Source: an uncultured Bacteroidales bacterium (GTDB lineage: Bacteria; Bacteroidota; Bacteroidia; Bacteroidales; G3-4614). Taken from it: DNA of 64,000 nt. The position numbers and the translations under genes are program-made. Under the pieces are notes generated by a model. It did no database searches, was not told where the DNA came from, and worked only from the letters and a program-made list of their open reading frames with translations. The stretch covers positions 55,478-119,477 of the forward strand of contig CASFRS010000002.1 of NCBI GenBank assembly GCA_949297125.1. The letters are read 5' to 3'. This document shows positions 1 through 7,980 of the stretch, one piece after another; the first letter of the stretch is position 1; each line of letters opens with the position of its first letter.

Positions 1-921
1 TATCCGTTGCAAAAGAGTTGCTACCGGCTTGAACGCCACCCTGAAATATATATCCTCGCCATTTGAGATGCCGCCCTGAATCCCTCCGGAGTTGTTGGTT
101 GCCGTCCCTATCCTGCCGTCTTTCAGCGTAAAGCGGTCGTTCATTTCCGAGCCGCGATGTGCAACCCCGTCGAAACCCATACCGTACTCGAACCCTTTCA
201 CGGCATTTATTCCCAGCATCGCATACCCCAAAGCGGCATGCAGTTTGCCGAAAACAGGTTCGCCCAACCCCGCCGGGACTCCGCTTATGACACATGTAAC
301 CACCCCGCCGACCGTATCGCCGTCTTCCTTTACGCGCATAATCAGTTCGGCCATCTTCGCGGCTGCATCCGGGTCGGGACAGCGCACCGGGTTGCTCTCG
401 ATAAGCGAAAAATCGTATTCCGTATAATCCTTGTCCAGTTTTATATCTCCGACCTGCGACGTATAGGCGGTTATCTTTACGCCCATGGAGCGCAATGCCA
501 GTTTGGCGAACGCCCCCCCTACGCAACGCGATACCGTCTCGCGGGCCGACGAACGCCCGCCGCCGCGGTGGTCTCTCCTGCCATACTTCTCGAAATAGGT
601 GAAATCGGCATGGGACGGGCGGAATACATTGCGCAGATTATCATAATCGCCGCTTCGCATATTGCTGTTGTAAACCACGAACCCTATCGGAGTTCCGGTA
701 GTCGTCCCCTCGAAAACACCCGAAAGGATCTCTACCCGGTCCTCTTCGCGGCGTTGCGTTACCAATGCCGACTGTCCCGGACGGCGGCGGTCAAGTTCGC
801 TCTGTATGAACTCAATATCCACGGGTACGCCGGCAGGCATACCGTCTATGACACCCCCCACGCCCTTACCGTGCGACTCGCCGAAAGTGGTCAGTCTGAA
901 AATATTTCCGAACGTATTCAT
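1..921 (-). CDS. aroC: chorismate synthase (partial; C-terminus lies beyond window start)
   Basis: Not in the ORF track because it has no stop in the window. Hand translation of the minus strand from ATG at 921-919 gives [32 protein letters not shown]...[16 protein letters not shown]..., typical chorismate synthase. It stays open in frame for 307 codons to position 1. Confidence 0.9.
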   Translation of the reverse strand, partial: MNTFGNIFRLTTFGESHGKGVGGVIDGMPAGVPVDIEFIQSELDRRRPGQSALVTQRREEDRVEILSGVFEGTTTGTPIGFVVYNSNMRSGDYDNLRNVFRPSHADFTYFEKYGRRDHRGGGRSSARETVSRCVGGAFAKLALRSMGVKITAYTSQVGDIKLDKDYTEYDFSLIESNPVRCPDPDAAAKMAELIMRVKEDGDTVGGVVTCVISGVPAGLGEPVFGKLHAALGYAMLGINAVKGFEYGMGFDGVAHRGSEMNDRFTLKDGRIGTATNNSGGIQGGISNGEDIYFRVAFKPVATLLQRI

Positions 922-1047
922 TTACGGTAATGTTATATAACTGTGCGAAGATAATGAAATTTTGACTATCTTTACATAGCATATAAGGCATGGAAAAGGC
1001 CGTGCCCTGGAGAAAGGATTTCACAAACCGCAAAAAATACCGATAAT

Positions 1048-1596
1048 ATGAAAAAGAGTTTTGTTTTCATGGCAGAAGGGTTTGAAGAGATAGAAGCCCT
1101 TACAGTTGTAGATATGCTCAGAAGAGCGGCCATGCCGGTAAGCATGGTTTCCATAACCGATGAATACGACGTGCAGGGAGCGCACGGAGTAACAATCCTT
1201 GCCGACGAAACGATAGGCGAAGCCGATTTCTCGGAAGCCGAATGGCTTATCCTGCCGGGAGGGATGCCGGGCTCGGCCAACCTCGGGGCATGCGCCCCGC
1301 TTGTGGAGATTCTAAAGGCCCAGAACGAGGCCGGGGGCAATATAGCCGCAATCTGCGCAGCCCCGTTCGTACTGGGCGAGAACGGCATACTCGAAGGGAA
1401 ACGCGCCACATGCTACCCCGGTTTTGAAGACCGCCTCACCGGAGCGGAATATACCGCAGCACAGGTTGAGCGCGACGGCAACATAATAACCGGGAACGGC
1501 CCAGCACAGGCAATGTCGTTTGCTGCGGCAATAATAGAGAAGAGCCTCGGCGCACCCACGGCACGCCGCATACTTGAAGGGATGATGCGGGTATAA
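1048..1596 (+). CDS. DJ-1/PfpI family protein
   Basis: 182-aa ORF with ATG start. DJ-1/ThiJ-like pattern: AEGFEEIEALTVVDMLRRA, and a nucleophile-elbow-like AICAAP. Confidence 0.85.
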   Translation: MKKSFVFMAEGFEEIEALTVVDMLRRAAMPVSMVSITDEYDVQGAHGVTILADETIGEADFSEAEWLILPGGMPGSANLGACAPLVEILKAQNEAGGNIAAICAAPFVLGENGILEGKRATCYPGFEDRLTGAEYTAAQVERDGNIITGNGPAQAMSFAAAIIEKSLGAPTARRILEGMMRV

Positions 1597-1624
1597 CCCC
1601 TCCGCCCTCCGAAATTCAGGCAAC

Positions 1625-1673
1625 GGCAGAAGCCGCCCCGGTTTTGCAAAGCGATTCCGGGACGGCTTCTGCC
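1625..1673. terminator. hairpin between convergent DJ-1-like gene and queF
   Basis: Perfect 11-bp stem GGCAGAAGCCG (1625-1635) / CGGCTTCTGCC (1663-1673). On the plus strand it is followed by ATTTAT. Confidence 0.45.
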
Positions 1674-1732
1674 ATTTATCAGGGCCGGGGACAGGCCGAC
1701 CCGGCAGGAAATACCGTCCTTTCCCCGCCGGA

Positions 1733-2176
1733 CTACAACTCCAGCAGCGCACCGGCAGCCATATCGGCATACCGCGTACCGGGCTTCCCGTAGGCGGCAC
1801 GCGGATGTATGGATATACCCCCGCGTGCGGTAAACTCGCCCGTTACCTCTATAAACTTCGGCGACATCAGCTTTACCAGGTCGTCCATAATAATATTCAC
1901 GCACTCCTCGTGGAAGGCCCCATGGTTCCTGAAACTGAACAGGTATATCTTCAGGCTTTTGCTCTCCACCAGGTAACGGTCTGGGATATAGCGAATCACT
2001 ATACGGGCGAAATCGGGTTGCCCCGTAACCGGGCAAAGCGATGTAAACTCGGGGCAGTCGAGTTTTACCATATAGTCCCTGTCGGGCGTCTTGTTCCCGA
2101 ACGCTTCAAGATATTGCGGCGCATACTCCGACGGGTAATCGCTCTTCCCCCCGAGCAGCGTAAGCTTATGCTCCAT
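1733..2176 (-). CDS. queF: NADPH-dependent 7-cyano-7-deazaguanine (preQ0) reductase
   Basis: 147 aa with ATG start. Type-I QueF motifs are present: [12 protein letters not shown] and [21 protein letters not shown]. Confidence 0.9.
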   Translation of the reverse strand: MEHKLTLLGGKSDYPSEYAPQYLEAFGNKTPDRDYMVKLDCPEFTSLCPVTGQPDFARIVIRYIPDRYLVESKSLKIYLFSFRNHGAFHEECVNIIMDDLVKLMSPKFIEVTGEFTARGGISIHPRAAYGKPGTRYADMAAGALLEL

Positions 2177-2178
2177 AA

Positions 2179-2859
2179 TTAAAGGTCTCTTATTTTAAGG
2201 ATATTGTATGATATGCTGTTGTCGTAGATATCGCTCTTCTCGTACTTCTTCATGAGTTTTACCACACGCACCGTAACGGGAAGGACGGCAATCTCGTAAA
2301 GGGTCTTTATCAATGCCTGGGCTATTATCAGGTTCAGTATTGTCCGCTCGGGAAGTATGCCCCAGAAAGCGGCCGGGAAGAAAATAAGGGAATCTATCCC
2401 TTCGCCGGCCAAAGTCGAGACTATGGCACGGAGAGAAAACCTCTTCCCCTTGCTCGCCACTTTCATGCGGCTCATTATGTAGGCATTGACGAACGATCCG
2501 GCAATAAAGGCAACAAGGCTTGCCAGCGTAATGCGCGGCGTAACGGTGAATATCGCCTCGAAAGCCTCCTGTCCGTCCCATACCGGGTCGGGAGGCAACA
2601 CCACGGCTATCCACGTAAAGAGCGCGGCAATCAGGTTGGCGGCAAAGCCGAGCCATATAACAAGGCGGGACTTCCTGTATCCCCACACTTCCACAATGCA
2701 GTCGTTCAGGATATAGGTAACGGGGAAAAGCATCAGCCCGGCCGTAACTGTAAAATATCCGGACTTTATGATTTTGACTTCCAATATGTTCGCCAAAAGG
2801 AGGCAGGAACAGAAAATTACGCTCAACAACAGGAAGCGTACAGAAACACGGCTATTCAT
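2179..2859 (-). CDS. yhhQ: queuosine precursor transporter, YhhQ/DUF165 family
   Basis: Track ORF 2179..2886 starts at TTG; the first ATG (2859) gives [12 protein letters not shown].... It is a polytopic membrane protein with YhhQ-like blocks ([18 protein letters not shown]). Its stop lies 2 nt before the queF start, so the two are probably co-transcribed. Confidence 0.85.
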   Translation of the reverse strand: MNSRVSVRFLLLSVIFCSCLLLANILEVKIIKSGYFTVTAGLMLFPVTYILNDCIVEVWGYRKSRLVIWLGFAANLIAALFTWIAVVLPPDPVWDGQEAFEAIFTVTPRITLASLVAFIAGSFVNAYIMSRMKVASKGKRFSLRAIVSTLAGEGIDSLIFFPAAFWGILPERTILNLIIAQALIKTLYEIAVLPVTVRVVKLMKKYEKSDIYDNSISYNILKIRDL

Positions 2860-2894
2860 AACTTTTGTTTTTAACGTGGTTATCAACTACACGG
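2860..2894 (-). promoter_or_regulatory. candidate preQ1-I-like riboswitch aptamer in yhhQ-queF 5' UTR
   Basis: The minus strand reads CGUG-UAGUUGAUAAC-CACG-UUAAAAACAAAAGUU-AUG. That is a 4-bp stem, an 11-nt loop ending UAAC, and an A-rich tail with a single C. A loop UUG / tail CAA pseudoknot is possible. The genetic context fits. Confidence 0.3.
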
Positions 2895-2952
2895 GATGCG
2901 CCGCCTCCGGCGGCAGCCGGCACGGCGCAAGAGTGGAAAGCCTCCGCTGCCG

Positions 2953-2992
2953 TTCCGCGCCGCAAAATTAAGAAAAGGCGCGGAATAACAAA
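2953..2992 (-). promoter_or_regulatory. yhhQ-queF promoter with flanking inverted repeat
   Basis: Minus strand TTTG (2992-2989), an 18-nt spacer, then TAATTTTG (2970-2963), close to the Bacteroides TTTG/TAnnTTTG consensus. The -7 box sits inside a perfect 9-bp inverted repeat, TTCCGCGCC (2953-2961) / GGCGCGGAA (2977-2985). Confidence 0.4.
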
Positions 2993-3058
2993 CATCCTGC
3001 ATTACCGCTTTTGAAACAAAATGCGGTACGGGAATAAAAGCCCGGCAGAAAACGGAAT

Positions 3059-3088
3059 GTGCGGGGGCATGCTGCCGTACCCCCGCAC
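3059..3088 (-). terminator. rho-independent terminator after CMD-cupin gene
   Basis: 9-bp GC stem GTGCGGGGG (3059-3067) / CCCCCGCAC (3080-3088) with a 12-nt loop. The minus strand continues AUUCCGUUUUC. It lies 28 nt downstream of the stop at 3116. Confidence 0.55.
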
Positions 3089-3115
3089 ACTCCGCATCAT
3101 TTTCTTTTGGCGATT

Positions 3116-3934
3116 CTACTGCCGAAGGCTGCCGTACACCTCGTCCGTTACAGGCTCCAGCCATTCGTTGACTGTTTCTTCTCCGGGTACTTCAATGGCC
3201 AGATGCGCAAACCAGCTGTCGGCTGTGGCGCCATGCCAATGTTTCACTCCGGCAGGGATGTTGACTACATCGCCGGGGCGAAGCAGGCGCGCGGGTTTTC
3301 CCCATTCCTGATACCAGCCTGTGCCTGCCACGCACACCAGCAGTTGTCCGCCGCCATTCCTGGCGTGATGTATGTGCCAGTTGTTGCGGCAACCCGGCTC
3401 GAACGTTACATTGTTGATGCCGACCTGTTCCGAAGATACAGGCGCCAGATAGCTTTGACCGATAAAGTATCGGGCATAAGCATCATTGGGCTCGCCTATG
3501 GGGAAAATCATTTCCTGCCCGAATCTCGCTTTCTCATCCGCGGCCGCCGTTTCTTCCGCCCATACGTCTTTAGCCAGACGGAATGCCGCCCACGCCTTCG
3601 GCCAACCGGCATAAAACCCTATATGCGTCAGAATCTCGGCTATCTCCGTACGGGTGATTCCGTTCTGTTTGGCCGACTGAAGATGATACACCAGCGAGTT
3701 GTCGGTAATCCCCTGGCTTATCAGCGACGTTATCGTAACAAGGCTGCGGTCGCGAAGGCCCAGCTTGTCGGTACGGCTCCACACCTGGCCGAAGAGGACA
3801 TCGTCGTTAAGCTCTGCGAACTTGGGGGCAAAATCGCCCAACTGGTCGCGTCCGGCCGTTTGTACAATTTTTTCCTGTGCCATGATATTCAATGTTAAGA
3901 TAGGGAATAGAACAATTAAAAAAAACTTTTTCAT
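3116..3934 (-). CDS. secreted carboxymuconolactone decarboxylase (CMD)-family / cupin fusion protein
   Basis: 272 aa. N-terminal signal peptide MKKFFLIVLFPILTLNIMAQ. CMD-like block: GITRTEIAEILTHIGFYAGWPKAW. C-terminal cupin: NNWHIHHARNGGGQLL...GDVVNIPAGVKHWHGA. Confidence 0.8.
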   Translation of the reverse strand: MKKFFLIVLFPILTLNIMAQEKIVQTAGRDQLGDFAPKFAELNDDVLFGQVWSRTDKLGLRDRSLVTITSLISQGITDNSLVYHLQSAKQNGITRTEIAEILTHIGFYAGWPKAWAAFRLAKDVWAEETAAADEKARFGQEMIFPIGEPNDAYARYFIGQSYLAPVSSEQVGINNVTFEPGCRNNWHIHHARNGGGQLLVCVAGTGWYQEWGKPARLLRPGDVVNIPAGVKHWHGATADSWFAHLAIEVPGEETVNEWLEPVTDEVYGSLRQ

Positions 3935-3941
3935 AAACGTC

Positions 3942-4448
3942 TCATTTATATATGAAATTACATATCCTGCTTGCCGGGTTAAGAGGCGTCTGGTCGGAAA
4001 GGAGCAGGCTCTTTACCATATGCAGCGTACCGGTCTTGTAACGCCTGAAATGCTCCGAAGCTATATGCTTTTCATAAGCCTCGCGACTTGAATAGGTCTC
4101 CAGAATCGTTATCCGGCAGGGGTTCTCCTTCCCGGCCATGGCATACATGGTTATCACACCCGGCTCGGTACGCAGCGAAATCTCTCCTACCTCAACCGCA
4201 TAACGGACATATTCCCCGACATACTCCGGATACACCTCTACCACGGAAAGCCTCACTATGCCGTCGGGAGAAAGCGGAAGCTTGGCGCATCCGCCGGTTT
4301 CCGGTACGGGACAGACACCCGACACCGTTCCATTATCGTTTTTTTCCATACTCGTCGCATTTGCATTTCCGGTTTGCGCCACCGCGCTGTTCCCGTCCGA
4401 CATCAAAGCCAACAGGAGGCAAACCGCACATACCGCCAATCTTGTCAT
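3942..4448 (-). CDS. secreted ABM (antibiotic-biosynthesis-monooxygenase-like) domain protein
   Basis: 168 aa. Signal-peptide-like N-terminus (MTRLAVCAVCLLLALMS...AVAQ). ABM/YgiN-like C-terminal domain: ITILETYSSREAYEKHIASEHFRRYK. Its ATG overlaps the upstream stop as ATGA. Confidence 0.7.
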   Translation of the reverse strand: MTRLAVCAVCLLLALMSDGNSAVAQTGNANATSMEKNDNGTVSGVCPVPETGGCAKLPLSPDGIVRLSVVEVYPEYVGEYVRYAVEVGEISLRTEPGVITMYAMAGKENPCRITILETYSSREAYEKHIASEHFRRYKTGTLHMVKSLLLSDQTPLNPASRICNFIYK

Positions 4449-5470
4449 TTCGCTGGTTTTTTATCTGCCCGGAAGAGTCTCCCGGCATTTTTCCACAATA
4501 TATCATCCGCATAACGGGCAACGCGCCTGTCCTGACTCAACATCCTGCGAAGCCTCCCCATATTCCCGACCAGAACCCCGGCGGGCTGGTACGGATAATC
4601 CGAACCGTACAACAGATGCGTCGGGGGTGTAACGGCGAGCAGGGCATCCAAGACTTCGGGAGTCAAGCCGCCGGCAAGGTCGTAATAAAAATTTCTCAAG
4701 TTGTTGTCCCAGTCTATTGCAGGAGTCCCTCCTGCGGCCGCCATTGCCCCGTAAACCGACTTCATGCGAGGAAGGGCCAAAGGCAGGAACGAGCCGCAAT
4801 GAGGTATCACGAACCTGATATTCCCGTAACGGGTCGGCACATTGCGTATAATCATGTTTACAACGGCGCGGGTAGTCTCTGCGGGGTATTCGTATACAGC
4901 CAACGGCGCAGCGGATATGATAGTTTCATTTACCGGAACGGGTCTGTGCGGATGCAGCACCACTACAGCCCCGCGCCTGTCCAGAACTTCCATAAGAGTA
5001 TCGAGAGCGACATCGCCGACATAAAGTCCGCGGGTATTGGTCGCAATCTTTATCCCGTCTGCACCAAGCGTATCCAGGGCATAAACAGCCTCTCTTACGG
5101 CAGCCTCCACATCGGGCAAAGGCAGTGATGCGCAGAAAAGGAATCTTCCGGGATATTCCGATTTGAGCCGGGCGCACTCCCGGTTATATCTGCGCACAAT
5201 ACTGCGGCACTCTTCCATATCGCCGTAATAGGGATGCGGGGCAGGCATCGACAACAACGACATTTGTATTCCGGCCTCGTCCATAAACCGCAAATGCTCA
5301 GTTTCATTCCATTCGGGAAGCGGGAAGGTCTCTTCCCTGGAGGCTCCGTGCACTGACATGAAATCCCTGAGGAAAGGGAAGATGTTGTGCGAATGCACAT
5401 CTACCGCATTTTGGGATACCGCCAATACCGCAAACATAAATGCCGACATAAAAGACAAAACTCTTTTCAT
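4445..5470 (-). CDS. secreted amidohydrolase_2 (ACMSD/LigI-like) family metal-dependent hydrolase or decarboxylase
   Basis: 341 aa. A signal peptide is followed directly by the HxH metal motif (VDVHSHN). The C-terminal conserved Asp block LLYGSDYPY is present. A TAGGTTTG -7-like box lies upstream on the minus strand (5516-5509). Confidence 0.8.
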   Translation of the reverse strand: MKRVLSFMSAFMFAVLAVSQNAVDVHSHNIFPFLRDFMSVHGASREETFPLPEWNETEHLRFMDEAGIQMSLLSMPAPHPYYGDMEECRSIVRRYNRECARLKSEYPGRFLFCASLPLPDVEAAVREAVYALDTLGADGIKIATNTRGLYVGDVALDTLMEVLDRRGAVVVLHPHRPVPVNETIISAAPLAVYEYPAETTRAVVNMIIRNVPTRYGNIRFVIPHCGSFLPLALPRMKSVYGAMAAAGGTPAIDWDNNLRNFYYDLAGGLTPEVLDALLAVTPPTHLLYGSDYPYQPAGVLVGNMGRLRRMLSQDRRVARYADDILWKNAGRLFRADKKPAK

Positions 5471-5547
5471 TTTCCGTTCCGATCATTAAAACAAACCGCC
5501 GGTATGCACAAACCTACACTCCGCACGACATTGCCATATTCCGCAAA

Positions 5548-5769
5548 TCACCTGTCGGCCGTATGCTCCAATCCCTGCATCAAGCCGCGCAGCATGGCCG
5601 TTTCATTCTTTTCCAGCCGCAGGACCGATACCGCACCGCCGGCAACGTACCCCTCCTGTACAAGGAAACTCTGCAATACCCTCTCCGGCGAGGTACGGTA
5701 ACGCCCGGCAAGGAAGGAGACAATCTCATCGTCGCGCAACCCCCGAAGTATATCATCCTGCATATTCAT
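5548..5769 (-). CDS. small hypothetical protein
   Basis: Track ORF 5548..5793 starts at TTG; the first ATG is at 5769 (MNMQDDILRGL...). The composition is protein-like and helical. A TAATTTTG -7 box lies at 5798-5791 on the minus strand. I recognise no family. Confidence 0.35.
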   Translation of the reverse strand: MNMQDDILRGLRDDEIVSFLAGRYRTSPERVLQSFLVQEGYVAGGAVSVLRLEKNETAMLRGLMQGLEHTADR

Positions 5770-5932
5770 CGTTCCGACATTTTCACACAGCAAAATTATT
5801 CCGGTATTTACTCTCCCGGCTTATCATGAAAACGGATATATCTACCTTTTTTACCGATTCTGCCCGTCCGTTCGCCAAAATACATTACCTTTACGTAACC
5901 GGTACAAGGAGACGTCAAAACACAGCAGAAAA

Positions 5933-6838
5933 ATGGAAAACAGGATACTGAAAGTAAGGAACGTAGGCGACTACTGCCGACACATAGGATATGCCGCAAG
6001 CCACCCGCAGGTGGCCGTAATAGATTACGCCAGGGCTTCGCCCGTCCGCCACAGCCTGAACAATTACGGCGTATACGGAATCTTCTTCCACGATGAAGCC
6101 GACATAGACCTGTCGTACGGATGCGGGAAATACGACTACAACAAGGGAACCGTAATATGTGTCGCCCCGGGTCAGATAGGGGGCAAGGAGGACAACGGCG
6201 AGGAGGTTATGCTGACAGGATGGGCGCTGCTGTTCCACCCCGACCTGCTGCACGGCTCATATCTGGAAAAGAAAATCAGGGAGTATTCGTTTTTCAATTA
6301 CCGCATAAACGAAGCCCTGCACATGACCGACGAAGAGCACGATATTTTCGTCTCGCTGATGCGGCAGATTCAGGACGAAACGGAAAAACCGCATGACGGG
6401 ATGCAGGATGCCATAATAGTCGGATACATCGGAATTCTCCTTAACTTCTGCCAGCGTTTCTACAACAGGCAATTCCTTACCCGCAAATTGGAAAACTCAG
6501 ACATCCTGATGAAATTCGACTCGCTGCTGCGCGAATATTTCGAGAAAGAACTCCAGCAGAAATACGGCATACCCACCGTACAATACTGTGCCGAACAACT
6601 CTGCATGTCGCCCAATTACTTCGGCGACGTAATAAAAAAGGCGACAGGCGACACGGCGAGCAACCATATCAGGCAGTACGTGGTACAGGCAGCCAAGGAC
6701 CTGATGGCGACAGGAGCTACCATAACGCAGGTTGCCGACACCCTCGGCTTCGAGTATCCCCAGCACCTCAGCCGCCTGTTCAAGAACCTGTGCGGCTATA
6801 CCCCCATGGAATATATAAAGCAGATAAAAAAGAGGTAG
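5933..6838 (+). CDS. AraC family transcriptional regulator
   Basis: 301 aa. The C-terminal double HTH is typical of AraC/XylS (CAEQLCMSPNYFGDVIKKATG...TITQVADTLGFEYPQHLSRLFK). It is divergent from the 5769-3116 enzyme genes. Confidence 0.9.
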   Translation: MENRILKVRNVGDYCRHIGYAASHPQVAVIDYARASPVRHSLNNYGVYGIFFHDEADIDLSYGCGKYDYNKGTVICVAPGQIGGKEDNGEEVMLTGWALLFHPDLLHGSYLEKKIREYSFFNYRINEALHMTDEEHDIFVSLMRQIQDETEKPHDGMQDAIIVGYIGILLNFCQRFYNRQFLTRKLENSDILMKFDSLLREYFEKELQQKYGIPTVQYCAEQLCMSPNYFGDVIKKATGDTASNHIRQYVVQAAKDLMATGATITQVADTLGFEYPQHLSRLFKNLCGYTPMEYIKQIKKR

Positions 6839-6881
6839 CCGTCCGGCAGGAAGGCCGAAGACGGCTGAAAACGATACAAAC

Positions 6882-6915
6882 GGAGAGCGCGGGAAAATCA
6901 TCTCCCGCGCTCTCC
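6882..6915. terminator. strong hairpin between araC-family gene and korB
   Basis: Perfect 13-bp stem GGAGAGCGCGGGA (6882-6894) / TCCCGCGCTCTCC (6903-6915) with an 8-nt loop. The minus strand continues GUUUGUAUCGUUUUC. Confidence 0.5.
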
Positions 6916-6931
6916 GTTATATATGGCCGGC

Positions 6932-6957
6932 CTCGGTACGGCTTTGGCCGTACCGAG
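6932..6957. terminator. second hairpin, adjacent to korB stop
   Basis: Perfect 11-bp stem CTCGGTACGGC (6932-6942) / GCCGTACCGAG (6947-6957) with loop TTTG. It lies 17 nt from the korB stop (6974). Confidence 0.5.
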
Positions 6958-6973
6958 CATGGCACACAATCCT

Positions 6974-7978
6974 TTACTTGACCTCCCAGGTCTCTTCGCT
7001 CAGCAACAGGTCGCGGAGCGTCTTTCCGGGGTTTTTGCAACGTACGCTTTCAACCTGCTCCTTGACCTCCTCATCGTATACGGGAGCTTCTGCGGCACGT
7101 ATAACACCCACAGCCAACGGCAGGGAGTGGCCGTCCATCATGGCCAGGCGGTGATGCAGGAAGTTGTCCTGCGTCGTGGCGTCGTGTACCAGAACATCAT
7201 CCAGCGTTACGCCGTCCTCGCCTATCGTAACGGCCTTAAGCTGCAGGCCGTCGAGTACGAGCCCCTTGTTGTTGTCCTTGCCGAAGAGCATCTTCTCGCC
7301 CTGGCGCAGGTGGATTGTACGTTCGGCGCGGAATTCGCGGTCGGCAACGTATTTGTGTATCTGGTCGTTGAAGATGACGCAGTTCTGGAGCACCTCTACA
7401 ACGGCTGCACCCTTATGGCGTCCGGCAGCGACCATGACCTCCTTCGATACGGCCAGGTCCACATCGAGTGTACGGGCGAAGAAATGCCCTCTTGCTCCGA
7501 AGGTAAGCTCGGCCGGGACGAACGGGTCTTCCACCGTCCCGTACGGCGACGATTTCGTTATTGCGCCGCGGTCGCTCGTAGGTGAGTACTGCCCTTTGGT
7601 CAAGCCGTATATCTTGTTGTTGAACAGCAGGATGTTCAGATTTACGTTACGGCGCAACGCGTGTATGAAATGGTTACCGCCGATAGCAAGGCAGTCTCCG
7701 TCGCCGGTTGCCAGCCATACGGTAAGGTCGGGGTTTGCCGTCTTCACGCCTGAGGCTATTGCCGCCCCGCGTCCGTGTATTGTATGGAAGCCGTATGTAC
7801 CCATATAGTACGGAAGGCGGGAGGAACATCCGATACCCGATATTACCGCAATCTTGTGCGGGGGTATCCCCAATTCGGCCATTGCCTTCTGCAGCACATT
7901 CACAATAGCGTGGTCGCCGCAGCCGGGGCACCAACGGACGTACTGGTCGCTCTTATAATCTTTTGCTGTATATTCCAT
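6974..7978 (-). CDS. korB: 2-oxoglutarate/2-oxoacid:ferredoxin oxidoreductase subunit beta
   Basis: 334 aa. TPP-binding beta-subunit pattern: WCPGCGDHAI, GIGCSSR, ATGDGDCLAIGGNH. Confidence 0.9.
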   Translation of the reverse strand: MEYTAKDYKSDQYVRWCPGCGDHAIVNVLQKAMAELGIPPHKIAVISGIGCSSRLPYYMGTYGFHTIHGRGAAIASGVKTANPDLTVWLATGDGDCLAIGGNHFIHALRRNVNLNILLFNNKIYGLTKGQYSPTSDRGAITKSSPYGTVEDPFVPAELTFGARGHFFARTLDVDLAVSKEVMVAAGRHKGAAVVEVLQNCVIFNDQIHKYVADREFRAERTIHLRQGEKMLFGKDNNKGLVLDGLQLKAVTIGEDGVTLDDVLVHDATTQDNFLHHRLAMMDGHSLPLAVGVIRAAEAPVYDEEVKEQVESVRCKNPGKTLRDLLLSEETWEVK

Positions 7979-7980
7979 AG

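Noticed and set aside
157-930. 257-aa plus-strand ORF at the window start.
   Set aside because: The opposite strand encodes an unmistakable chorismate synthase over the same interval. The plus-strand translation has no protein-like features.
2895-2952. GC-rich helices (GCCGCC-gga-GGCGGC and GCGCCG...CGGCGC) in the upstream part of the yhhQ 5' UTR, considered as an expression platform or terminator for the putative riboswitch.
   Set aside because: No U-tract follows any of these helices, and I cannot draw a convincing mutually exclusive alternative pairing with the aptamer by eye. Left as unexplained structure rather than claimed.
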